From an uncultured Fimbriimonadaceae bacterium (GTDB lineage Bacteria > Armatimonadota > Fimbriimonadia > Fimbriimonadales > Fimbriimonadaceae): a stretch of DNA of 64,000 nucleotides. Made by a program: the position numbers and the translations under genes. Where the stretch lies: positions 28,798-92,797 of the forward strand of contig CAZCSP010000010.1 in the NCBI GenBank assembly GCA_964501275.1, written 5' to 3'. The notes below the pieces were generated by a model, which saw nothing but the letters and a program-made list of their open reading frames with translations, did no database searches and was not told the origin of the DNA. Each line of letters starts with the position of its first letter. The stretch's first letter is position 1. Positions 1 through 8,431 of this stretch are shown here, piece after piece.

Positions 1-651
1 GGCAAGGCAGTCCTCGGCGAACTTGAGATTGGGAGGCGGCGCGTCCAATTCCGCCGTCCTCGCCAGCCCCCATAGAACCTCCGCCGTGGTCTGATAGCAG
101 TCCCGATAGCTCATCGCCTCAGACATGGACACATAGCCGCCCGCGATGGGCGATAGCCAGGGTTCCGCTTCCCTCACCTTCTCGCCCGTGGAAACGCATG
201 CATCAAAGGGAGGGAGGTACCCACTCTCCTCCATCAGCTTCAACTCCGCCCACACCAACGCCACGATGGGCTTCGCGTGGGATTCGATGGCTTTCAACGA
301 ACCGACCAACAGATCGAACGCGCTCTCCATCGGCTCCCCCCAAGGGAGGATCGCTGCATAAAGCTCGATCAGGGCCAGGGCCATGCCGAGACGCTCGTAG
401 TCGGTGCGCAGACCACGAAATGAGTGGAGAGGCTGGGCCTGGGTCACAAACTGGTTGACCTTCCCCTTTGCCAAAGTCATGGTCGCCATAGTCAGAGGAT
501 CGGATGAGCCCGCCAACCGAGAAGCCGCCTTCTTCGCCCCCTTCGCCACCACATCGACCTTGCCAAGCTCCTTGGTCAACAAAGTCAACCGCCGATCACT
601 CTCCCCCGAATCTCGACGGCGAAGAACGATCGCGGCGACGGTGGTTTCCAT
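1..651 (-). CDS. recO: DNA repair protein RecO (3' end cut by window edge)
   Basis: Own translation of the minus strand from ATG at 651-649: METTVAAIVLRRRDSGESDRRLTLLTKELGKVDVVAKGAKKAASRLAGSSDPLT... It stays open to position 1 (217 codons). The N-terminal pattern is typical of the RecO OB-fold. It is absent from the ORF track because no stop lies in the window. Confidence 0.8.
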   Translation of the reverse strand, partial: METTVAAIVLRRRDSGESDRRLTLLTKELGKVDVVAKGAKKAASRLAGSSDPLTMATMTLAKGKVNQFVTQAQPLHSFRGLRTDYERLGMALALIELYAAILPWGEPMESAFDLLVGSLKAIESHAKPIVALVWAELKLMEESGYLPPFDACVSTGEKVREAEPWLSPIAGGYVSMSEAMSYRDCYQTTAEVLWGLARTAELDAPPPNLKFAEDCLA

Positions 652-661
652 GAGGGTATTC

Positions 662-726
662 GGCGTTTGGCTTTGGGTTTTGGGTGTTTGACTTATCGGC
701 CCAATCCGACCAATCTGCCAAACGCC
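662..726. repeat. Intergenic GT-rich word block with perfect 10-bp inverted repeat (GGCGTTTGGC 662-671 / GCCAAACGCC 717-726)
   Basis: Read directly. Lies between the recO start and the stop of the upstream 258-aa gene. Contains GGTTTTGGGTGTTTG-type words and GACTTATCGG/CCAATCCGACCAATC words. Confidence 0.7.
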
Positions 727-753
727 CAATACCTAAAGTCTATCGCCATACGC

Positions 754-1530
754 CTACTGCCCCAATATCCCCTGCTTCAAGAACTCGATCCACACGAAGT
801 ACATACGATCGATGAGAAGTGTGAAGCGCATCATAACCGTGGAGCCAAAGATCGCGCCGAAGCCGATCATCAGCAGCCAGCGGCCGCTGGTGGTCATCGT
901 CTTCATGACCTTGCCCTTGATCTCGAAGCTAAACAGGAAGTAGCTCAGGACGCAGAGGAGGGTGAAGACATAGACGATATTGGTCAACGCTTCGGTCGGA
1001 TAGACATTGGCATTGATTCTCGCCGTCTCCGCCGCAATCTGCGCCAGTTGGTCGGGCGCCATTCCATCCACCGCTGTTGGCGTGGAAGGCACAAAGAAGG
1101 ACTCGGTTGAGGTCGGCAAAATCGGCTTCATCGAGTCGCGCATCTGCGGTCCGTACCGGTTGAACCACACCTGGATCTGTTGCCCCGACCACATGCCAAG
1201 GATAATCCCGATAGGAATCCGGCTCAGCCAGTTGTGCTTCTTGCTGAAGACAAAATAGCCCAGCAGACCGATGGGGATCAACAGAACGAACGCCCAATAT
1301 CCGTGGGTCGCAGGATCGCCGTTGGTGGCTGCGCTCCCCACCACTTTGTCCCACCACTTCTCTTTGAGCGTTTCGGTCCAAAGGATGACCAGAGCCCAGC
1401 CAGAGGCCAAGCCCAGGAAGATATGTTCGAAGAACCGATAGAAGCGGTTCTCCTTAAAGAGAACCGAATACAAGCCGATCGTCGCCAGAACGCCAATCGC
1501 AAGTTTGAGCTTAATGTAGTTAGGATCCAC
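754..1530 (-). CDS. Polytopic membrane protein, unknown function (operon gene 6 of 6)
   Basis: 258-aa ORF. Its GTG start abuts the TAA of the upstream gene (1531-1533). Several hydrophobic helices are visible (LAIGVLATIGLYSVLF, IFLGLASGWALVILW, WAFVLLIPIGLLGYFVF, IVYVFTLLCVLSYFLF, LLMIGFGAIFGSTVMM). No recognised motif. Confidence 0.75.
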   Translation of the reverse strand: MDPNYIKLKLAIGVLATIGLYSVLFKENRFYRFFEHIFLGLASGWALVILWTETLKEKWWDKVVGSAATNGDPATHGYWAFVLLIPIGLLGYFVFSKKHNWLSRIPIGIILGMWSGQQIQVWFNRYGPQMRDSMKPILPTSTESFFVPSTPTAVDGMAPDQLAQIAAETARINANVYPTEALTNIVYVFTLLCVLSYFLFSFEIKGKVMKTMTTSGRWLLMIGFGAIFGSTVMMRFTLLIDRMYFVWIEFLKQGILGQ

Positions 1531-2451
1531 TTACTTGGCCTTCCTTCGAGTCAAGAATGTGCCGACGTTGCCCACCGTCACCGCGATGATCAGCAACAGC
1601 AGACAGGCATGGAGAGTGGGATAGTACCGAGACCCATTTCCCACGTTGTTGTCGCCGGGGAAGCCGGGAACAACGCCCCACTTTGACTTCATCTCCGCGG
1701 TGATGCCGTCCTCCATGAGCTGCTCCATGTCGTAAACCCCTTTCAACCCAACCGCCAAACCCTTGATCTGTCCAGACGAGTAGTAAGGCATCGATTCGGG
1801 ACCCATAACGCCGGTCACCATCATCGCCAAGTCCACACCTTTGCCGTAGATTCGCTCGATTGTGATGTTCGAGGTTTTGGAGGCCGTGATGACCATCATC
1901 AGCTTGAAGTCCGATACCTTCTGGATGTTTTGGAGCACAGGCGATTGGAACACGTCGCGCTTGGTTCCTTCCGGTGTATTCTCCGTTCGACCCGAGAATG
2001 CGGACCGCACGTTGTTCGCGATCGCGTTGGCGCAGGCCTCGGCGTTGGGGAAGAATCCAACCGTCACCCAGTCGTTCCATCGGTCATACGTCTTCTGCCC
2101 TTTTGCACGACGTTCCTGATTGAGTATGCCGATCGCATCGCGGGCCACCTGAGGCGCTTGAGGATCGCCAGATGAGTACAGCGCCATTTTGATGTTCCGA
2201 CGCATCAGAATCTTCACAAGCGCGTCGAAACTCCCGCCGCTCTCCCCACGCGTGGACTTCGTCCAGTCGGATGCCACCAGGATGGTAGAGCCCTCGGGGA
2301 TGCTCATCAACGTGCCATAGAGGTCGATGGCTGGTTCAATCGGCTTATTGGGAACCTTGATCGTCACAAACAGCGGAACTGATGCAAAGACGAGCAGGAT
2401 CACAAACAGCGCCCAACGGGGAATGGACATCAGTTTTTCGCCAAAACTCAT
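1531..2451 (-). CDS. Bitopic membrane protein with large central soluble domain, unknown function (operon gene 5 of 6)
   Basis: 306-aa ORF. Its ATG overlaps the upstream stop as TAATG at 2451. It has an N-terminal helix (WALFVILLVFASVPLFV) and a C-terminal helix (LHACLLLLIIAVTVGNVGTFL) flanking about 250 aa. No recognised motif. Confidence 0.8.
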   Translation of the reverse strand: MSFGEKLMSIPRWALFVILLVFASVPLFVTIKVPNKPIEPAIDLYGTLMSIPEGSTILVASDWTKSTRGESGGSFDALVKILMRRNIKMALYSSGDPQAPQVARDAIGILNQERRAKGQKTYDRWNDWVTVGFFPNAEACANAIANNVRSAFSGRTENTPEGTKRDVFQSPVLQNIQKVSDFKLMMVITASKTSNITIERIYGKGVDLAMMVTGVMGPESMPYYSSGQIKGLAVGLKGVYDMEQLMEDGITAEMKSKWGVVPGFPGDNNVGNGSRYYPTLHACLLLLIIAVTVGNVGTFLTRRKAK

Positions 2452-3377
2452 TACGATTTACCTCCGACGCCACCCTTCTCAAGGCTAAGCCAAATGCGAA
2501 GTCCCATTGCCAGGGCTCCAATTCCCACTCCAAAGTCGATACCGCGTATGGCGGCGCCCTGGACCGTGTCGCGAAGCCACTTGGATATCTCCGTCAACTT
2601 CAAGTTGTGCATGAAGCTATCGGGGTTGTTGCGGATCGCTCCGTCGATCGCCCCGTTCCACAAGTATTCGACAGCGCCCATCAAGCTCAGGATCACGACC
2701 AGCGCCGTCACCAGCAGGATGGTCGCTTCAATCGACCGCACTCGAAACGCTCGATAAGCTGCGGAGAGGATATAGAAGGCGATAATCGAGAACATCGCCG
2801 CGTCCATGTTCTGCAACAGGCCATCGAACATCATGTCCTTGGCGCTGTTCACAAAGGTCCAATTTGACGGGTCCTCAAGGAGGATGCCCGCCTCGCCCTG
2901 TCGAATGATCCAGTCCCAGTAGCCGATAACGGTCATCAGCACCATGCTGGCCAACAGCACAACGCTGAACGCCCAGTCCCTCTGCGACTTGGCGATCCGG
3001 CGAAGGTGAACCCTCAACAGCGAGTAGATGCCCAAACCAAGCAAGAGGCCGGAAAGAACAGAGGAGAGGTCGGTGACGATGCCAAAAGCGTCGTCGATAT
3101 AGAACGAGACAGACTCCACGAAGTCGCGAGGCAGTTCGCCTGGCTGCCTGTCCACCGGCCTCGGCCAGAAGAAATAGAGAACATAGAAAAGGCCCGAGAT
3201 GAACGTGGAGAACATCACGATCGGTCGCCGTGCCTGGCTTGGGGCCTTCATCAGAAGAAAAACCATCGCCGCGCCCGCCAGTAGCGCCAAGATGATCTTC
3301 GTCCAAAGGCCAACGCTTCCGTTCTCTCCGTTCCAGAAGTTCAGGGTTGGCTCAACTTGTAAGAGAAGATTGCCCAT
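2451..3377 (-). CDS. Polytopic membrane protein, unknown function (operon gene 4 of 6)
   Basis: 308-aa ORF. Its ATG overlaps the upstream stop as TAATG at 3377. It carries multiple hydrophobic helices. No recognised motif. Confidence 0.8.
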   Translation of the reverse strand: MGNLLLQVEPTLNFWNGENGSVGLWTKIILALLAGAAMVFLLMKAPSQARRPIVMFSTFISGLFYVLYFFWPRPVDRQPGELPRDFVESVSFYIDDAFGIVTDLSSVLSGLLLGLGIYSLLRVHLRRIAKSQRDWAFSVVLLASMVLMTVIGYWDWIIRQGEAGILLEDPSNWTFVNSAKDMMFDGLLQNMDAAMFSIIAFYILSAAYRAFRVRSIEATILLVTALVVILSLMGAVEYLWNGAIDGAIRNNPDSFMHNLKLTEISKWLRDTVQGAAIRGIDFGVGIGALAMGLRIWLSLEKGGVGGKS

Positions 3378-4351
3378 TAGCCACCTTCTCCTTCAGTAGG
3401 CGGTGCCGCTGATTTGAAATCAGGGTCCTTTTCGCGTTCGACCTTCAAGTCGGGGTCGGTCTGCTTGCTAAAGAGTTTGCTCATATAGGTGTCGCCCAAG
3501 CCCATCGGCCTAGGTTGATCCAGCGTCTGTAACTTGGCCGCTTTCTTCTCTTCGCTAATCGTCTTGTGCTCAAAGGGGCCAAGCTCCACCGTATTCGCCA
3601 CCAGCCCAATGAACATCGTGGCCGCCACCGCCAGTTTGCACCAATCCTGGCCCACCAGCGACCCTACCAGAACCGGCTGTCGAGTCAGGTAGGCGCTGGC
3701 CGCATAGAACTCGTCTCCGATGAGAACATAGTCGCAAGCGGCAATAAAGAACGGCGTCTGGGTGGACTCCGTAGAGCTTGCGATCTGGATCGCACCGATG
3801 GAGTTTGCCGTCTCGGCAAAGATCAGCGACTCGGCGTAGAACTCGCCCATAAAGAACGTCGCCGCCGCCTGTTCGCGCAGAATCAAACCCGAAACGCCCG
3901 CCGCAAACGCGAACTGCCTGTCCGAGATGTACCGCACGGAATCGGGATCGAATTTGTCGGCAAGGCCCTCTTGGTTATAGACATCCCGAATCACCTCTTG
4001 GCCAACAGTAAATATCGGGGCGCTGTAGCAGCAGATCAGGATCGGGTTGGAGAATCGCGCCGCGATTCGGCTGACATAGGAGAAGATGTTCAACGCCTGA
4101 ACGACGATGGCGTTGACGCTGTCGCTCAGTCCCGGAACCATCAGAACCGGGCGTCCCATCTCCGTTGCACGGCCCACCGCTTCGTCGATCGCGTTCAAGC
4201 CCGCGATCCTCCGAATGAACAGGTCCTTCGCGCCTCCCGCCCGCTTGATGTTCAGCAGGATGAAGATGCATAGGAGAAGAGTAAACGCCGGATTGACCCA
4301 CCCGGTGTCCAGATACTGGTCTCCCCTCCAAGAAGACACTTGACTTAGCAT
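3377..4351 (-). CDS. Membrane protein, unknown function (operon gene 3 of 6)
   Basis: 324-aa ORF with a 7-nt overlap (ATGCTAA) with the upstream gene. It has an N-terminal helix, then a region reading RRIAGLNAIDEAVGRATEMGRPVLMVPGLSD, further hydrophobic segments, and a charged Lys/Glu/Pro-rich tail. I vaguely associate it with an uncharacterised DUF family but cannot verify this. Confidence 0.8.
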   Translation of the reverse strand: MLSQVSSWRGDQYLDTGWVNPAFTLLLCIFILLNIKRAGGAKDLFIRRIAGLNAIDEAVGRATEMGRPVLMVPGLSDSVNAIVVQALNIFSYVSRIAARFSNPILICCYSAPIFTVGQEVIRDVYNQEGLADKFDPDSVRYISDRQFAFAAGVSGLILREQAAATFFMGEFYAESLIFAETANSIGAIQIASSTESTQTPFFIAACDYVLIGDEFYAASAYLTRQPVLVGSLVGQDWCKLAVAATMFIGLVANTVELGPFEHKTISEEKKAAKLQTLDQPRPMGLGDTYMSKLFSKQTDPDLKVEREKDPDFKSAAPPTEGEGG

Positions 4352-4656
4352 GAGGCTTCCTCCGCCGGAGCCGGCTTCGCGCGACCCCTCTCAATACGAT
4401 CTAACAATCTATCCACATTTTCTCGCTTGGCAAACAGCCGACTGTAGTCGTTCACAAAATCGAATCCCAGGAATGGGGTGATGAAGGGCGCAAAGGTGAT
4501 TGCGCTCTGGCTGGTGAGGAACGCCAGAGGCTTATGCGACTCCAAGAACATGAGCGCGGGCGCCGTCAGCTTCCGCCGCTCGATCTCGCTCGCCGCCTTC
4601 TCGATCAGCGCCTCCTCCTCCTCCGGGGTCAGTTCATCCTTCCAAAAATCGGACAT
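4345..4656 (-). CDS. Small membrane-associated protein, unknown function (operon gene 2 of 6)
   Basis: The ORF track gives 4345..4668 with a TTG start. The ATG at 4656 (MSDFWKDELTPEEEEAL...) is preceded by a GGGGGTGG Shine-Dalgarno-like run. It overlaps the upstream stop (4634) by 23 nt. There is a hydrophobic stretch PLAFLTSQSAITFAPFITPFLGF. Confidence 0.7.
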   Translation of the reverse strand: MSDFWKDELTPEEEEALIEKAASEIERRKLTAPALMFLESHKPLAFLTSQSAITFAPFITPFLGFDFVNDYSRLFAKRENVDRLLDRIERGRAKPAPAEEASC

Positions 4657-5080
4657 CGCCACCCCCAAATCTACGAACCGCCTCGATGATCTGCGCCCGG
4701 TTGTCTTCGTTCACTTTCAAAACAACGCCTCGAAACGCATCCATTCGACTTCCCCCGTCTTCCAACGGCGACACCTTTACTTCGTTTTCGCCGATCACAA
4801 TCCTTTTCACGTCTTCCCAACCGATCTTGCTGATCGAGAGCCCCGTCCGAGAAGTCGCTCCCTGAGCGTCTACTTTGTACGAAGACCCTACCCAAAATTC
4901 AACCGTTGACCCAAGGATGATAGCAAACCCGACGAATCCTAGCAATGGCTGACCGTAGATAAACACCCCGAACGCCATCGCAACCAACGCAATTGCAAAG
5001 ATTACGTATCTCTTTGCAGGCGCCTTTTCATAAGGACGCACCGACCACGAGATCGATTCATCGTTCTTATCGCCAGTCAT
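4634..5080 (-). CDS. Two-helix membrane protein with C-terminal soluble domain, unknown function (operon gene 1 of 6)
   Basis: The ORF track gives 4634..5083 (TTG), and an ATG sits at 5080. It overlaps the prs stop codon (5067-5069) by 14 nt. Helices are VIFAIALVAMAFGVFIYG and LLGFVGFAIILGSTVEFWV. Confidence 0.75.
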   Translation of the reverse strand: MTGDKNDESISWSVRPYEKAPAKRYVIFAIALVAMAFGVFIYGQPLLGFVGFAIILGSTVEFWVGSSYKVDAQGATSRTGLSISKIGWEDVKRIVIGENEVKVSPLEDGGSRMDAFRGVVLKVNEDNRAQIIEAVRRFGGGDVRFLEG

Positions 5081-6074
5081 CAAACAACGAACTCACAGAC
5101 AGGTTTTGGTGGATGCGGGCGATGGCTTCTCCGACCAGCGGAGCCGACTCCAGCACCGTCAATTTCTCGAACTGCTTCTCCGGGCCAAGCGGAATCGTGT
5201 CCAGAGTGACCACCTCTTTGATCGGGCTTTCCTGGAGCCGCTGAGCCGCGCCGTCGCTGAAGACCGCGTGGGTGCAGGTCGCCATCACTTCCTTGGCCCC
5301 CCGATCCAACAGCGCGATCGCCCCATTCACCAGCGACCCGCCCGTATCGATCATATCGTCGATGAAGATGCAGGTCTTATCCTTGAAGTCGCCGACGATC
5401 TCCACGACCTCCACCACATTCGGACGGGGACGCCGCTTGGCGATGACCACAAAGCTGGTCCGCAGCATCTCCGCCAACGCCTTGGCGCGGCCTACCCCGG
5501 CGACGTCCGGGCTCACGATCACCACGTCCTCCCGATCCCGATACCCCTGCTCGATCAGGTAGTCGCCGATAATCGGGCGACCGTAGAGGTGGTCCACTGG
5601 GCAGTTGAAGAAGCCCTGGATCTGGTCGGCATGGAGGTCCAGCGCCACGACTCGCTGGGCGCCCGCCATGGTGATCATATCCGCCACTAAACGCGCCGTG
5701 ATCGGCTCACGAGGCTTGACCTTTTTGTCCTGCCGGGCGTAGCCGTAGTAGGGCATCACGACCGTGATCTTGCTAGCAGACGCCCGACGGAAGGCATCCA
5801 GCATGATCATCAACTCCATCAGATTGTCGTTGGTGGGAGCGCAGGTGGGTTGGATGATGTAGACATCATTCCCCCGGGCGCTTTCGTCCACCATCACCTG
5901 GATTTCGCCATCGGCGAAATGCTTGCAGGTGATCGAACCCAACTTGATCCCTAGATGCGCCGCCACACGCTCTGCCAACGCCCGATTGGCATTGCCCGTG
6001 AAAAGCTTCATGCCCCGTAGGTTTCGCGTTGCGATCACCTTTCCCTCTTCTTGTTCCGCCACTGTGCTGCCCAT
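5067..6074 (-). CDS. prs: Ribose-phosphate pyrophosphokinase (PRPP synthase)
   Basis: MKLFTGNANRALAERVAAHLGIKLG...DGEIQVMVDESARGNDVYIIQPTC...VMPYYGYARQDKK...DLHADQIQGFF...IDDMIDTGGS are canonical Prs motifs. The ATG at 6074 has a GAGGTTAAGGA Shine-Dalgarno sequence. An alternative start is at 6011. Confidence 0.95.
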   Translation of the reverse strand: MGSTVAEQEEGKVIATRNLRGMKLFTGNANRALAERVAAHLGIKLGSITCKHFADGEIQVMVDESARGNDVYIIQPTCAPTNDNLMELMIMLDAFRRASASKITVVMPYYGYARQDKKVKPREPITARLVADMITMAGAQRVVALDLHADQIQGFFNCPVDHLYGRPIIGDYLIEQGYRDREDVVIVSPDVAGVGRAKALAEMLRTSFVVIAKRRPRPNVVEVVEIVGDFKDKTCIFIDDMIDTGGSLVNGAIALLDRGAKEVMATCTHAVFSDGAAQRLQESPIKEVVTLDTIPLGPEKQFEKLTVLESAPLVGEAIARIHQNLSVSSLFDDWR

Positions 6075-7417
6075 TGTTCCTTAACCTCAGTCCGACTCCG
6101 GCCGATAACCAACGCTTCCGAGGGATAGTCGCCACTGCTGACCACGCTCCCCGCCGCGACAAACGAACCATCCCCAATTTTGATCGGGGCCACCAACGTG
6201 CTATTTGATCCGATAAAGGCATCCCGCCCAATCTGGGTGCGGGACTTGTTGAATCCGTCGTAGTTGCAGGTGATGGTCCCGGCCCCGATATTGGTGTTCT
6301 CGCCGATGATCGCATCGCCAATGTAAGTCAAGTGGCTGGCCTTCACTCCGGTCTCGAGCGTGGCGTTCTTCGTCTCCACAAAGTTCCCCACCTTCACATC
6401 GGGGAAAAGCTCGCTCCCTGGGCGGATATGGGCGAACGGGCCGACTTTGGCGGTGTCGTGGAGCTTGGCCTCTTTCAGGTAGCTCACATAGACCATGACC
6501 TGATCCCCGATCTGGCAATCCTCGATCCGGGTGAACGGCCCGATGCGGCACCCCTTTCCTACCGAGGTCTTCCCCACGATCATGGTGTTGGGTTCCAGCG
6601 TGGTGTCCACGCCGATCTCGACTTCCGCGCCCAGATAAGTTGTGCCGGGATCCATGATCGTAACACCAGATTCGGCATGGCGGCGCAAAATCCTTTCGCG
6701 CATTTTCCGATCCGCCTCGGCAAGTTGCCAGCGGTCGTTGACGCCCACCAGAATGTCGGGATCGTCGAACGTCATCGCATCCGCCGCCCCTTGCTCCGCA
6801 ACCATCGCGACCACGTCGGTCAAATAGAACTCGCCCTGAGCGTTGTCGTTCTTCAGCTTGGGCAGGCAGTCGAGGAGGGTGGGCCCGTCGATGCAGTAGA
6901 TGGAGGAGTTGACCTCGCGGATCGCTTTCTCTTCGGGAGTCGCATCCTTCTCCTCCACGATCCGCTGAACGCCACTTCCATTCCGCACGATCCGCCCATA
7001 ACCTTTGGGGTTCTCAACGTTCGAACTGGCGATCAGACACTTGGTGGTTTTGGAACCTCCGTGGATGAGATCGGAGAACATCTCGCTGGAGACCAAGGGC
7101 GTATCCCCCGCCGCGACCACAATCTTCCCCTGGAAGCCTTCGAGCAGAGGAGCCGCCATCTGAGCCGCGTGGCCCGTGCCGTGCTGTTCGCGTTGCCAGG
7201 CGTACTCATAGGCGTCGCCCAAACGTTGCTGAACCAGTTCCCCGCCGTGCCCGACGACGATTACGATGCGGTCCACTCCCGCCCCCCGCAAAGCCCGCGC
7301 CACGTGCTCCACCATCGGAAGCCCACAGACCTCGTGCAAGCCCTTCGGGATGTCCGACTTCATCCGGGTGCCTTTTCCGGCGGCAAGGATGATTCCGGCA
7401 ACAGCTTGAGTGGACAT
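6035..7417 (-). CDS. glmU: Bifunctional UDP-N-acetylglucosamine pyrophosphorylase / glucosamine-1-phosphate N-acetyltransferase
   Basis: MSTQAVAGIILAAGKGTRMKS (LAAGKGTRM motif), plus C-terminal hexapeptide repeats (IGENTNIGAGTITCNYDG...). The ORF track extends to a TTG at 7486, but the ATG at 7417 fits the family N-terminus. Confidence 0.95.
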   Translation of the reverse strand: MSTQAVAGIILAAGKGTRMKSDIPKGLHEVCGLPMVEHVARALRGAGVDRIVIVVGHGGELVQQRLGDAYEYAWQREQHGTGHAAQMAAPLLEGFQGKIVVAAGDTPLVSSEMFSDLIHGGSKTTKCLIASSNVENPKGYGRIVRNGSGVQRIVEEKDATPEEKAIREVNSSIYCIDGPTLLDCLPKLKNDNAQGEFYLTDVVAMVAEQGAADAMTFDDPDILVGVNDRWQLAEADRKMRERILRRHAESGVTIMDPGTTYLGAEVEIGVDTTLEPNTMIVGKTSVGKGCRIGPFTRIEDCQIGDQVMVYVSYLKEAKLHDTAKVGPFAHIRPGSELFPDVKVGNFVETKNATLETGVKASHLTYIGDAIIGENTNIGAGTITCNYDGFNKSRTQIGRDAFIGSNSTLVAPIKIGDGSFVAAGSVVSSGDYPSEALVIGRSRTEVKEQWAAQWRNKKRER

Positions 7418-7504
7418 AGATTTGTTAAGGACCGGAAACCGGGCGGGGTGATCGGAGGTTAAGATTTTGCCTTTTTTCCCCCGCAAAGCGCAAGGTGGGG
7501 AGAT

Positions 7505-7600
7505 GGCATTCGGCGTTAGGTGCTAGGTGTTAGGCATCGGGGAGCCGACTTGCTTACTCAACCCCCAACACCCAATACCCAATGCCCAACACCAAATGCC
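7505..7600. repeat. Imperfect long inverted repeat built of 7-nt words (TTAGGTG-type arm 7505-7543, CCCAACA-type arm 7562-7600)
   Basis: Read directly, in the glmU/upp divergent intergenic region. About two thirds of arm positions are complementary, and most mismatches are transitions. The same word family occurs at 32411-32522. Confidence 0.7.
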
Positions 7601-7627
7601 GTCACCCCGTCTGAGCCAAAATACGCT

Positions 7628-8248
7628 ATGCCGCTCCACGTCATCGATCATCCCCTCGCCCAACACCTACTCACCGGCCTTCGCGACAAATCCACCCAGC
7701 CCGAGACGTTCCGCCGCCTAAGTTGGAACCTCACCAAGATGCTGGTCTTGGAAGCGACCAAAGGGATTGCGTCGGAAGAGCGCTCGATCGTCACCCCGAT
7801 CAAAACCACTGCCGGGCGTATTCTCAGCGAAGGCCTCGCCGTCGTCCCCGTCCTCCGCGCTGGGCTTGGGATGTTGGAGCCGGTGGTGCAGCTTTTCCCC
7901 GATGTGGCGGTGGGCTACATCGGCTTGGAGAGAAACGAGAGCACCGCCATCGCGCGCAGCTACTACTCCAAACTCCCCGACCTCTCCCACCGGTACACCC
8001 TCTGCGTTGATCCCATGCTCGCCACCGGAGGCTCCGCCGCCCAAGCCGTCTCCCTCATCAAGGCCCACGGAGCAAAGAAGGTCGTCATGGTCTGCGTCGT
8101 CGCCGCCCCCGAAGGCGTAGCCAAGCTTGAGTCCGCCCACCCCGAAATCGAAATCTTCACCGCCGCGTTGGATGAAGGCCTAAACGAAAAATTCTACATC
8201 GTCCCCGGCCTGGGCGATTACGGGGACAGGCTGTACGGCACCTTTTAG
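7628..8248 (+). CDS. upp: Uracil phosphoribosyltransferase
   Basis: MPLHVIDHPLAQHLLTGLRDKST...VPVLRAGLGM...DPMLATGGSA...YIVPGLGDYGDRLYGT are canonical Upp motifs. The ATG at 7628 was verified. The ORF-track start at 7520 would translate the heptad repeat (PTPNTQCPTPN) and is rejected. Confidence 0.95.
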   Translation: MPLHVIDHPLAQHLLTGLRDKSTQPETFRRLSWNLTKMLVLEATKGIASEERSIVTPIKTTAGRILSEGLAVVPVLRAGLGMLEPVVQLFPDVAVGYIGLERNESTAIARSYYSKLPDLSHRYTLCVDPMLATGGSAAQAVSLIKAHGAKKVVMVCVVAAPEGVAKLESAHPEIEIFTAALDEGLNEKFYIVPGLGDYGDRLYGTF

Positions 8249-8251
8249 AGT

Positions 8252-8272
8252 GCGGCAATTTATTGCCGCTTT
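8252..8272 (+). terminator. Hairpin GCGGCAAT-TT-ATTGCCGC followed by TTT, 4 nt after the upp stop
   Basis: Read directly. The stem is short and the T-run is weak. An inverted twin (CGGCAATAAATTGCCG, 8309-8324) is preceded by AAAAA, so it looks like a minus-strand terminator. Confidence 0.45.
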
Positions 8273-8431
8273 CACTGGCCGATTCATCGGCCTGCAAAGC
8301 CTGAAAAACGGCAATAAATTGCCGCACCCTGAAAGGAGCGCAACTTTTGCGCGTCAGAGAGTAGAGCGAACTCGTCTCCTTTCTTGACGACACCTGTGCA
8401 TAGTCTATAGAATGGCGTCACGGGGCGGCCC

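Noticed and set aside
7505-7600. Whether the short periodic repeats (here and at 32411, 41051, 58899, 60310) could be CRISPR arrays
   Set aside because: The units are only ~7 nt, degenerate and contiguous with no unique spacers. They are arranged as complementary blocks, and no cas genes are present.
7520-7627. N-terminal extensions suggested by the ORF track for upp (7520), pheT (32443), the PEP-CTERM protease (38682) and the hypothetical at 44316
   Set aside because: The extensions are translations of the heptad-word hairpins (PTPNTQ.., PNPKPKTQ..). In each case an internal ATG gives the family-typical N-terminus or a signal peptide.
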